Under the pieces are notes generated by a model. It saw only the letters and a program-made list of their open reading frames with translations. It had not been told where the DNA came from and did not search any database. DNA of 64,000 bases from Longimicrobiales bacterium (GTDB lineage: Bacteria; Gemmatimonadota; Gemmatimonadetes; Longimicrobiales; Gaopeijiaceae), in the NCBI GenBank assembly GCA_965248195.1, contig CBDFIQ010000002.1, positions 544,001-608,000 of the forward strand, written 5' to 3'. Of this stretch, positions 25,912 to 34,329 are shown piece after piece (position 1 is the stretch's first letter; each line of letters starts with the position of its first letter). Made by a program: the position numbers and the translations under genes.

Positions 25912-27189
25912 TCATGGAAAGCGCCTCCCGATCCACTCGATCACCCGCACCGTCACCGCATTCCCCATCATCCTGTAGCGTGGGCCGTCCGCGAGTCCTT
26001 CCGTCCAACCGTCAGGGAAGCCTTGTAGTCGTTCGCATTCGGTTGGGGTCAGCCGGCGGGGTACGGCAGCCAGGACGGCACCAGCACCTACGCCAGCCCT
26101 ACCACCATTGGGAGTGAGTAGGGCGTTCGCCTTGCCATCATCACCGAGTTCGGCCTGGGGTGTGCCGTTACGACCACGCACGGCCAGACTCTGCGGCTCC
26201 AGCGGAACCACGCCCGCTGTGTCACCCTGCCCGTTGAGCGTGTTCGCGTAGTCGGCCTCCTCCCATCGCTCGTGATCCTTGGGGTCGTGGGCCTTTTGGG
26301 CTTTGCGGTAGACGGCCGGTTCCTTCGTTGCCCCGAGCGCGGGGCACAGTTCGTCCAAAGGGTTCATGGACTGGTGCGAGGACGCTTTCGGGTGGAAGGC
26401 GAGAATTGGTCCGCTCGTGTGACGCTCCATCCCTGGGCGCACCGTGCCCACGTCCGCGTTTACTTGGATGTCGCTGCCGTTCTGGTGGATGACGCTCGGG
26501 TCTAGGTCGTTTCGTTGTCCGCCCTCGCCGCCAGCGCGCCCGCCAATGCTTCCGGCAACCTCTTTCCCCGTCGTTCGGCTCGGCGCAAAATCCCCGAACA
26601 CGCCTTCGGGCTCAAGAAGTATTTCGAGGGGACAGAGTCCTCCAGCACGTCCGACAATGAACACACGGCGGCGGCGCTGGGCCACTCCGAAAAACTGTGA
26701 GTCACACACGCGCCACGAGACACCGCGACTGGGTCCGATGGCGAACCCAGCGTTGCGCCACCCGCCTTCTGGGACGGCTGGCCGCCAGCCTGTGAATCCC
26801 TCCAGGCATACGGCGAAATCTTCGCCTTGCTCGGAAGACAACAGACCAGGGACGTTCTCAAAGAGAACCCAACGGGGAGCGAGCTCATCAAGGATGCGTA
26901 TTGCCTCGAGGAACAGCCCGGATCGGTCGTCAGCCAGGCCCTTACGCTTTCCAGCCACACTGAGACCCTGGCAAGGGCTTCCGAAGGTGATGCAGTCCAC
27001 GGGAAAGAGATTTGCGACTCCGACATTCCTCACGTCCTCATATTTTGGGACATCCGGCCAATGGTGTCGGAGCACTTGGCGGCACTGCTTGTCGATTTCC
27101 ACCTGCCATGCGCACGTCCAGCCCGCGCGGTCCATTCCGAGGTCAAACCCGCCCACGCCAGAGAATAGCGAACCGTAGGTGGGCGTCAT
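25912..27189 (-). CDS. DNA (cytosine-5)-methyltransferase
   Basis: Motif I SLFSGVGG, IV GSPCQG, VI FENVPG, VIII QRRRRVFIVG, IX-X RRLTPTECERLQGFPD...GNAV. Confidence 0.95.
   Translation of the reverse strand: MTPTYGSLFSGVGGFDLGMDRAGWTCAWQVEIDKQCRQVLRHHWPDVPKYEDVRNVGVANLFPVDCITFGSPCQGLSVAGKRKGLADDRSGLFLEAIRILDELAPRWVLFENVPGLLSSEQGEDFAVCLEGFTGWRPAVPEGGWRNAGFAIGPSRGVSWRVCDSQFFGVAQRRRRVFIVGRAGGLCPLEILLEPEGVFGDFAPSRTTGKEVAGSIGGRAGGEGGQRNDLDPSVIHQNGSDIQVNADVGTVRPGMERHTSGPILAFHPKASSHQSMNPLDELCPALGATKEPAVYRKAQKAHDPKDHERWEEADYANTLNGQGDTAGVVPLEPQSLAVRGRNGTPQAELGDDGKANALLTPNGGRAGVGAGAVLAAVPRRLTPTECERLQGFPDGWTEGLADGPRYRMMGNAVTVRVIEWIGRRFP
26502..27026 (-). CDS. Alternative-frame nested gene in the methyltransferase (M.EcoHK31I beta-polypeptide-like)
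   Basis: 174-aa same-strand ORF entirely inside the MTase gene, ATG with GAGGA upstream; EWPS...CSLSDVLE...KYFLSPKAC.GILRRAERRGK.LP..L..AL motif. Confidence 0.7.
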   Translation of the reverse strand: MSESQISFPWTASPSEALARVSVWLESVRAWLTTDPGCSSRQYASLMSSLPVGFSLRTSLVCCLPSKAKISPYAWRDSQAGGQPSQKAGGATLGSPSDPVAVSRGACVTHSFSEWPSAAAVCSLSDVLEDSVPSKYFLSPKACSGILRRAERRGKRLPEALAGALAARADNETT

Positions 27190-27231
27190 GCGCTCACCCT
27201 CACAGAGGCGTTATCGTCTCCGGCACCACCC

Positions 27232-27260
27232 TTGCGTGTTATGACATATGTCGGTATATT
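27232..27260 (+). promoter_or_regulatory. sigma70 promoter with palindromic operator for the antisense cassette
   Basis: TTGCGT (27232-27237)-N17-TATATT (27255-27260); perfect palindrome GACATATGTC (27243-27252). Confidence 0.75.
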
Positions 27261-27308
27261 TAGTGTACGGTCAAGGCAGTCCCGCCATACCGAGACAGGA
27301 GGCCACCA

Positions 27309-27584
27309 GTGACTTTCGAGATTTTCATCGCCAACGCGGACGCCGGTCGGGTTGCCCAGATCGGGCAGCGCCTTGGGCTGTCTGGCACGATCATCCGTGA
27401 TGCACTCGGGTTCGGAGAGTGGGGCGTAGAGCCCACGATCATCGCACGGATCGGGCAGACATCGAGCGAGCGAGCCATGGACTTCGTTGACGGGGTCTTC
27501 GCGGCATTTCCGAACGAGAAAGCGGTTTGGGTTGAATGCGAAGACTTCGAGGAACTCTGGTACCGGGAGGGCGGGGGCGGTTGA
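27309..27584 (+). CDS. Small hypothetical protein (cassette gene 1)
   Basis: GTG start behind AGGAGG, downstream of the promoter; has a partial paralog at 24300-24405. Confidence 0.75.
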   Translation: MTFEIFIANADAGRVAQIGQRLGLSGTIIRDALGFGEWGVEPTIIARIGQTSSERAMDFVDGVFAAFPNEKAVWVECEDFEELWYREGGGG

Positions 27585-27656
27585 CCCGCCTCCCGGGCCA
27601 GGCCAGGAACAGACCACGTAGTGTCCGACGGATACTCTGACAGCCCAGGAGACACC

Positions 27657-27881
27657 ATGACGGAGGTGACGATGGAGACCACTAGACACAAGGCCCTCGG
27701 GCGACTGCTCACGCAGCTCGGGCCAGCCGCGCGCCGAATAGACCAGGGAGAGGACCCCGATGTAGTGGCCGAAGAGATCTGGCCCGACTTTGTTGACGCA
27801 GTTCGGAAGGCACGCGGTGAGCTCGCTGAGCGGCGAAGTGAGGGGCTTGAGCAGTGGCGCAAGGCCCGGCACTCGGAATGA
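27657..27881 (+). CDS. Small hypothetical protein (cassette gene 2, copy 2)
   Basis: SD AGGAG; paralog of 24472-24684. Confidence 0.75.
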   Translation: MTEVTMETTRHKALGRLLTQLGPAARRIDQGEDPDVVAEEIWPDFVDAVRKARGELAERRSEGLEQWRKARHSE

Positions 27882-28087
27882 CGACGGAGGTGCCACGGAC
27901 CCGGGAGGAATGGAGGGATCTACTCCGACGCCGGATCGAGGAGTCCGGGTTATCGGCCCGGAAGTTTGCAACCGAAGTGCTACGGCGGGACGAGCGTACC
28001 ATCTACCGGTGGATCCAGCTCGACAACCCAATCCCGGAGCAGGTGCGTAACTTCCTACTCGATCCGATGCCGGCCCCGTGGCCGTGA
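27878..28087 (+). CDS. XRE/Cro-like HTH protein (cassette gene 3, copy 2)
   Basis: GLSARKFATEVLRRDERTIYRW....PIP...APWP; ATGA-coupled. Confidence 0.8.
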   Translation: MTTEVPRTREEWRDLLRRRIEESGLSARKFATEVLRRDERTIYRWIQLDNPIPEQVRNFLLDPMPAPWP

Positions 28088-28339
28088 GGGTCACCCCGAC
28101 GCTCACTGCTGGCTCCTTAGCCACCAGGCGCCCGCGTCGTCGAAGATCCGGTCTATGAGCTCGCGACAGGGGCCCGGGCCGGACCTACGCGAAAATGGGG
28201 CGTTGTGAAAACCGTTGACAAAGGTACCGACTTTCGGGACCGCTTCGGGCCTGTAACGACGCGATCCGCTACCCCCGCTACCGTGCGTATTAGGCGTATC
28301 TGTGCGGTTTAACGGGTTCTGTGAGGTTTCTGGGGTTGA

Positions 28340-29409
28340 TCGACCACTTCATCGAGTATTTCTCCCCCAAACTCGAGATCCGTAGGGCCAGCGACTTCGG
28401 GATCGACAACCTGACGGGCTTCTACAGCGCAACTTTCTCACTCGAAGCCGGTGGCTCGCAGGAGGTGAGTGATCCCGAGTACCTGGCGACGGTCGACGAG
28501 TTCGCGGACTGGCTCGACGCCCGTCCGAACGTGGTGCACGTGAACAGTTTCACGCGAACCATGAAGCGTCTGAACATGAACATGCACGCCGACGATCCGG
28601 CCGAGTACGGGCTGCCGATCGAACAGGAGCTGGGTGCCCAATACCTGCTTCTCTACGAGCTGTCGCTCCCCTACGGCCTGGACGTCAACGACCAGATCGA
28701 CCTGGACAAGAGCTCGCTCCGGGTGGACGTCACCTACGGCGACGTCGACGTGAAGATCGTCGAGCAAGAAGTAGCGTTGGCCGAAGCGTGGCTGGCCCGA
28801 AACGGAACGGCAACCATGCGGTCGGCGCGGGCCACGGGCACGCCGTTGATGTTCGCCAAGATCACGCGGCGCAACATCGCCTCCATGCTGCTGGGCACGG
28901 GCCTCGGGTTCATTCTGATCGCGGGCATTCTGATGATTGCGCTGAGGAGTGTGCGGCTGGGCGTGATCAGCCTGGTGCCCAACGTGCTTCCGGCGGCGAT
29001 GGCCTTCGGCGTGTGGGCGATGCTCGTAGGCCAAGTCGGCTTTGCGGTATCGATCGTCGCCGGCCTGTCCATCGGAATCGTCGTGGACGACACGGTGCAC
29101 TTTCTCAGCAAGTACCAGTACGCCCGCCGCACGAAAGATGCGTCTGATGCGGTGCGGTACGCTTTCCGGATGGTCGGGCCCGCCATCCTGGGCACCACGC
29201 TGATCGTGTCCGTCGGTTTCGCGATGCTCGGACTGAGCACATTCCGCGTGACCTCCTACATGGGCCTGCTCACCTCGCTCACTGTGGTGTGCGCCCTGGT
29301 GGTTGATTTCCTACTCCTCCCGGCGATCCTGCTCACGTTCGACCGCCGTGCAGTGAAGTACCCCGTTCCGAACGCTGCCCTCGTGGGCGCCGTGTCCGGC
29401 GCGGACTGA
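28340..29409 (+). pseudogene. MMPL/RND-family transporter, C-terminal half only (5'-truncated)
   Basis: AQYLLLYELSLPYGLD, SLVPNVLP, GIVVDDTVHF, VGPAI..TT, LLLPAIL; only one TM repeat is present. Confidence 0.8.
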
Positions 29410-29665
29410 TCTCCCTGATGACAACGAACCCCCAATTGAGAGGATGACGAACGATGAAGACGACAATAATTCGCATCGCGATGTCGGCCTTTTGCATGGC
29501 CACCGCGATGATCAAGGCCGCAGACGGTGCGGGCCCTCAGGATTCGGCACGCAGCTCTCGTAGCCGTCGCTGACCGATCTCCCCGATAACGACGAAACCC
29601 TAAAAGAGGATGACGAACGATGAATACGACGAGAAAGACGAAAATGATGCGGACGGCGATGTCGG
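29406..29665 (+). repeat. Degenerate tandem duplication (period about 166 bp) of an RBS/signal-peptide start
   Basis: AGAGGATGACGAACGATGAA at 29439 and 29605, each followed by GCGATGTCGGCC. Confidence 0.8.
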
Positions 29666-30447
29666 CCGTCGTGATGGCGGCGGCGACGATCACCCTCGCG
29701 GACGACGCGCGAGCTCAGCTTTCCGCAGACGTACAGGGTCGCGCGATCGCCGAGGAAGCCGACCGGCGCGACTACGGCTGGGGCGACAATTCCACCACGA
29801 TGCGCATGGTGCTGCGCAACCGGAACGGCGACGAGAGCGTGCGTGAGATGCGCAGGCGGGCCCTCGAGACGGAGGAGGCCGGCGCCGGCGACAAGAGCGT
29901 GATCACGTTCGACGCGCCGCGTGACGTGGCCGGCACGTCGCTCCTATCCCACACGAAGATTTTGGATCCGGACGACCAGTGGCTCTTCCTACCGGCCCTG
30001 AAGCGCGTGAAGCGCATCTCCTCGGCCAACAAGTCCGGGCCGTTCGTGGGTAGCGAGTTCGCCTATGAGGATCTCGTCTCCCAGGAGGTCGACAAGTACG
30101 ACTACCGCTTCGTGGGCGAGGAGGCATGCGGCGATCTGGACTGTTACGTGGTTGAGCGCCTGCCGCTGTACGAGAACTCGGGTTACACGAAGCAGATCGT
30201 GTGGTGGGACAGGGACGAGTACCGCGTGCAGCGCATCGATTTCTACGATCGCAAGGATACCCTGTTGAAGACGCTCACCTACCACGATTATGAGCAGTAC
30301 CTCGGCCAGTATTGGCGCCCGAACCTGATGGCGATGGAGAACCACCAGAACGGGAAGAGCACCGACTTGGTGTTCAGCGATTGGACGTTCGATAACGGGT
30401 TCGCCGACGGCGAGTTCACGCCATCGCGTCTTCGCCGCGGGAGGTAG
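29620..30447 (+). CDS. Outer membrane lipoprotein-sorting (LolA-like) protein
   Basis: Signal peptide; P.DVAGT.LL, DDQWLFLPALKRVKRIS...GPFVGSEFAYEDL, FYDRK..LLKT. Confidence 0.9.
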   Translation: MNTTRKTKMMRTAMSAVVMAAATITLADDARAQLSADVQGRAIAEEADRRDYGWGDNSTTMRMVLRNRNGDESVREMRRRALETEEAGAGDKSVITFDAPRDVAGTSLLSHTKILDPDDQWLFLPALKRVKRISSANKSGPFVGSEFAYEDLVSQEVDKYDYRFVGEEACGDLDCYVVERLPLYENSGYTKQIVWWDRDEYRVQRIDFYDRKDTLLKTLTYHDYEQYLGQYWRPNLMAMENHQNGKSTDLVFSDWTFDNGFADGEFTPSRLRRGR

Positions 30448-30459
30448 GGGGCTGTACTC

Positions 30460-31683
30460 ATGAAGACCCCATGGACGCGTGCCCGAATGTGGGCAACGAT
30501 CGCGATATTCGCCGGGGGCGTCGCGCCCCCGGCGGCGGACGCTGTGGCCGGGCAGGAGATCAGGGGCTCGGTCTTCGTCGAGACCCGGATCTTCCCCAAT
30601 GACCCGCTGTTCGCGGTGCAGAGCGACGCGGTCTTCTCCCCGTCGATCGGGCTGGCGCCAGAGTTCATCTGGTGGATGGACGGGGACGGGCTGGAGCTGC
30701 GCGTGACGCCCATGCTGCGCCTGGACGCGCACGACGCGAGTCGCACACACTTCGACTTGCGCGAGTCCAGCGCCTTATGGCTGCGCGACGGATGGACGCT
30801 CATGGCAGGTGTCGGCAAGGTATTCTGGGGCACCACCGAATCGGTGCACCTGGTCGACATCGTGAATCAGACCGACGGCGTGGAGGATATCGATGGCGAG
30901 GACAAGCTCGGCCAGCCGATGGTGAACTTCACGCTGGAGCGGGACTGGGGCGCCCTGGACCTGTTCGTGATGCCGTTCTTCCGCGAGCGCACGTTTCCCG
31001 ACAGCGAGGGCCGCTTGAGCGGCCCCGCCTCGGTGCTGGACGACGCCCTCTACGAGTCCGACGTGGGGCGGTGGCGCCCGGACTTCGCGGCGCGCTGGTC
31101 CCACAGCCTGGGCGACATCGACCTCGGCGTAGCCGGGTTCTACGGCACGAGCCGTGAACCGACCCTGTTGCCCACCGAGGTCGTGAACGGCTTCGCACTG
31201 CAGCCGTACTACACGATCATCGACCAGTTCAGCGTGGACGCCCAATACACGCGGGGAGCCACGTTGTGGAAGCTCGAGGCCATGATGCGCGGCGGGCACG
31301 GAGACCGTTTCGCCGCAGGTGTCTTCGGGGTGGAGCACACTCTCTTCAGCGTGGGGCCCGGGGCGGCCGACCTGGGCCTTCTGGCCGAGGTCATGCTGGA
31401 CGGGCGGGGGGACGACGCCCCCTACACAGCGTTCGACAACGACGTGTTCGTGGGTTTTCGGTGGGCGTTCAATGACGTCCAGGGCACGTCCCTCCTGGGC
31501 GGGCCGATCGTGGATCTCGAGCACGGCGAAACGATCGCGTTCATCGAGGCCGAGCGTCGCTTCGGCGAGCGCTGGATCGGAGCACTCGAGATGCGCCTGC
31601 TCCTCAATACCGACGTCACCGCACCGCTGCACACGCTGCGGCAGGACGACTTCCTGACGTTCAGCCTGAGCCGTTTCTTCTAG
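30460..31683 (+). CDS. Outer membrane beta-barrel protein
   Basis: Signal peptide, G..KVFWG.TES.HLVDIVNQ.D, C-terminal aromatic (LSRFF); operon with MMPL and LolA-like genes. Confidence 0.8.
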   Translation: MKTPWTRARMWATIAIFAGGVAPPAADAVAGQEIRGSVFVETRIFPNDPLFAVQSDAVFSPSIGLAPEFIWWMDGDGLELRVTPMLRLDAHDASRTHFDLRESSALWLRDGWTLMAGVGKVFWGTTESVHLVDIVNQTDGVEDIDGEDKLGQPMVNFTLERDWGALDLFVMPFFRERTFPDSEGRLSGPASVLDDALYESDVGRWRPDFAARWSHSLGDIDLGVAGFYGTSREPTLLPTEVVNGFALQPYYTIIDQFSVDAQYTRGATLWKLEAMMRGGHGDRFAAGVFGVEHTLFSVGPGAADLGLLAEVMLDGRGDDAPYTAFDNDVFVGFRWAFNDVQGTSLLGGPIVDLEHGETIAFIEAERRFGERWIGALEMRLLLNTDVTAPLHTLRQDDFLTFSLSRFF

Positions 31684-31828
31684 GGGGCATCTCGCGCACT
31701 CTAGGTGCGGCGTCTGGGACCAGCCGCCGGCGCCATCCCCTATGATGGGTATCCCTGAACTGTTAAAGTCTGCTTCCCGGTGATTTTAGGTGACACAGAG
31801 CGAGCGATCGGATGGCGGAAAGCTGCGC

Positions 31829-33388
31829 ATGAATACCAGCGATCACGTTCAGTTGATGGACACCACGTTGCGGGACGGCGAGCAGACCCGCGACGTCTCG
31901 TTCTCCATATCGGAAAAGGTCAGTATCGCCAGCGCTTTGCTCCGCTCGCTGCGGGTCGATCGGGTCGAGGTTGCCTCGGCCGCCGTGTCCGCGGGTGAAA
32001 AAGAAGCCGTCACCCGGATCGCGGAGTGGGCGGCTTCCGAAGGCTACCTGGAGCGGGTCGAGATCCTGGGGTTCGTGGACGAGCGCCGCAGTGTGGACTG
32101 GATCGTATCTGCCGGGGGGCGCGTGATGAACCTGCTCACCAAGGGCAGCGAGCGCCACTGCCGCATGCAGTTGCGGCGAACCCTCGACCAGCATCTCGAG
32201 GACATTCGCCGCACGGTGGAGTATGCACGTGAGCAGGAGCTGAAAGTCAACGTGTACCTGGAGGACTGGTCCAACGGGTACCGCGACAGCCGCGATTACG
32301 TCTACGCCCTCGTGGAGGGACTGCGGGAAACGGGAGTCGCGCATGTCATGCTGCCCGACACGCTGGGCGTGATGACGCCAGACGAAGTCCAGGCGAGCCT
32401 GGTGGACATGATCGCGAGGTTCCCCGAACAGACGTTCGACTTTCATCCGCACAACGACTACGGGCTGGCCACCGCCAACGCCATCATGGCGGTCGAGGCG
32501 GGCATCCGTACCATCCATTGCACGGTCAATTGCCTCGGGGAGCGGGCGGGTAACGTGTCCCTCGCCGAAGTCGCGGTTGTGCTGCGTGACAAGATGGGAA
32601 TGACTCTGTCGATCGACGAGACCAAGATCCTCGCCCTGAGCCGGATGGTGGAGAGCTTCTCGGGCAAGCGGGTCGCCGACAACGTGCCCGTGATCGGCGC
32701 CGACGTGTTCACCCAGACCAGCGGCATCCACGCCGATGGCGATCACAAGGGTGAATTGTATCACACGCCATTGAGCCCGGAGCGGTTCGACCGCAAGCGC
32801 AACTACGCACTCGGCAAGATGAGCGGCAAGGCGTCCCTGAAGAAGAACCTGGAGGAGCTGGGCATCAGCCTGTCGCCCAAAGACCAGGCGGAAGTGCTGA
32901 AACGGATCGTGAGCCTCGGGGATTCCAAAACCACCATCACCGTGGAGGATCTGCCGTTCCTCATCGCCGACGTGTTGGAGCGCAAGGACTTCCGCCACAT
33001 CGAGTTGCTGACCTGCTCCGTCACCAGTGGGCTGGACCAAGAGTCGACGGCGAGCATCCGGGTTAAAGTGAACAATGAGGTGCACGAAGCGTCTGGATCG
33101 GGAAACGGCGGATTCGACGCTTTCATCGACGCGATCCGCAAAGTGTTCCCCCGCCAGTTCGAATTCCCGGAGCTGGTGGACTACGAGGTGCGCATCGCCA
33201 AGGGCGGCAACCCCAGCGCGTTGACCGAGGCGTTCATCACCTGGCAGGACGGCCCGCGCACGATGAGAACACGCGGCGTCAACGCCAACCAGGTGCTCGC
33301 CGGTGTCGGTGCGACCCTGCGCATGCTGAACATGAAGCTGCACCAGGCGGCGGAGTCGTCCGAGCCCGAATCACTGGCGCAAGGATAG
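31829..33388 (+). CDS. cimA: (R)-citramalate synthase / alpha-isopropylmalate synthase family
   Basis: MDTTLRDGEQ, NLLTKGS, VYLEDWSNG, PDTLG, FHPHNDYGLA, GERAGN, GIHADGD, C-terminal regulatory domain. Confidence 0.88.
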   Translation: MNTSDHVQLMDTTLRDGEQTRDVSFSISEKVSIASALLRSLRVDRVEVASAAVSAGEKEAVTRIAEWAASEGYLERVEILGFVDERRSVDWIVSAGGRVMNLLTKGSERHCRMQLRRTLDQHLEDIRRTVEYAREQELKVNVYLEDWSNGYRDSRDYVYALVEGLRETGVAHVMLPDTLGVMTPDEVQASLVDMIARFPEQTFDFHPHNDYGLATANAIMAVEAGIRTIHCTVNCLGERAGNVSLAEVAVVLRDKMGMTLSIDETKILALSRMVESFSGKRVADNVPVIGADVFTQTSGIHADGDHKGELYHTPLSPERFDRKRNYALGKMSGKASLKKNLEELGISLSPKDQAEVLKRIVSLGDSKTTITVEDLPFLIADVLERKDFRHIELLTCSVTSGLDQESTASIRVKVNNEVHEASGSGNGGFDAFIDAIRKVFPRQFEFPELVDYEVRIAKGGNPSALTEAFITWQDGPRTMRTRGVNANQVLAGVGATLRMLNMKLHQAAESSEPESLAQG

Positions 33389-33400
33389 TCGACCTTGGAG

Positions 33401-34318
33401 CTAGTCGACGACCTCGACCCTTACGTACCCGTTCGTCCAACAGCAGTGAAACTCGAATCCGTAGGTGGGATTCCGCCCGGACTCCAGATCGTTGATCGCC
33501 TGGACCCGCACGACGTAGCTGCCCGGCTGGCTGAAGGTCACGAGGGTCGTGGCCGCACCCTCGGCGGCATCCATCCGAATCTCGGGCTCGCTGAACATGA
33601 CCTCGCCCGGACCCTGATGCTTCGTCCATCCGAGCCAGGTCCCAGGCTCCGCGTGTCGAATCCACGCGGTGAGGGGCAGGGGCTCGTTCGCTTGCACGGT
33701 GTGGGGACCCGCCCATAGGCCCCTCCGTCCCTGGAGCTCCGGCCCACCCTCCTCGAGCCTCAGGAACGGCGCGGCGGCGCCCCGACCGGATGAAGTCGGC
33801 TCGTCCAAGATGTATTCGGGGAGAGTCCACCCTGGGACCACCAGCTCGTCCCCCTGGCTCGTCAGCGTCCAGACGATGTCCCTCGTGCCGAAGTCGTCCG
33901 GCACGGTGACCGAGAAGACGCACCAGTGATGCCGGTATTTGGAGGTCAGAGTCGGGTCCGGGACGGGATCGAAGTGTGTGGGCTGCGCGCCGTCATACTG
34001 AGCCGGCTCGATTCGATTCTCCGGCCCTAGCGGAATGTCGAGCGACTGCTCGGTGTTCATGTTGAAGTAGCCGAAGCAGAGCGTGTAGCTACCGTCGGGG
34101 TTCTCGAACCAGCCGTCGTAGATAGGAATGACGTTCTGGCCCCGGGGGCGCAGGGGATCTTCGTTCAGAGGGTTCTGGCCGGGAATCTGCGCGGCGAGCG
34201 GGGATGATAGGGGTAGCCCGCCAAGGAATCCCCCCACGACCAACAGGGCCCATGCGAGACGCACGTCCTTCGCGTCGATGAAACGTCTAACGACCGCGTC
34301 CAGCGACGGCTCGGTCAT
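33401..34318 (-). CDS. Secreted hypothetical protein with Ig/PKD-like C-terminus
   Basis: Hydrophobic leader; GQNVIPIYDGW.ENPDGS...FGYFN.N; FSQPGSYVVRV; CCWTN end; start re-assigned to 34318. Confidence 0.75.
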   Translation of the reverse strand: MTEPSLDAVVRRFIDAKDVRLAWALLVVGGFLGGLPLSSPLAAQIPGQNPLNEDPLRPRGQNVIPIYDGWFENPDGSYTLCFGYFNMNTEQSLDIPLGPENRIEPAQYDGAQPTHFDPVPDPTLTSKYRHHWCVFSVTVPDDFGTRDIVWTLTSQGDELVVPGWTLPEYILDEPTSSGRGAAAPFLRLEEGGPELQGRRGLWAGPHTVQANEPLPLTAWIRHAEPGTWLGWTKHQGPGEVMFSEPEIRMDAAEGAATTLVTFSQPGSYVVRVQAINDLESGRNPTYGFEFHCCWTNGYVRVEVVD

Positions 34319-34329
34319 CGTCCGACGGT

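Larger units (their letters stand above)
7805..28170 (-). mobile_element. Defective lambda-like (siphovirus) prophage
   Basis: Co-oriented replication, terminase, portal, capsid, head-tail and tail genes; truncated in the tape measure; no integrase/lysis recognised; boundaries approximate. Confidence 0.9.

Noticed and set aside
27196..28091. 8-bp inverted repeat ACCCTCAC/GTGAGGGT flanking cassette 2 as an invertible segment
   Set aside because: Too short to exceed chance, no equivalent at cassette 1, and no recombinase in the window.
27186..28124. 312-aa minus-strand ORF as a real protein
   Set aside because: Antisense to three genes with promoter, SD and paralogs; no motifs. Kept only as an open-frame curiosity.
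31763..33343. Long antisense ORFs (also 47095-48774, 11889-13127, 38987-40138, 41083-42495, 50610-51764, 58897-59874)
   Set aside because: Shadows of well-supported genes on the opposite strand, expected at this GC content.
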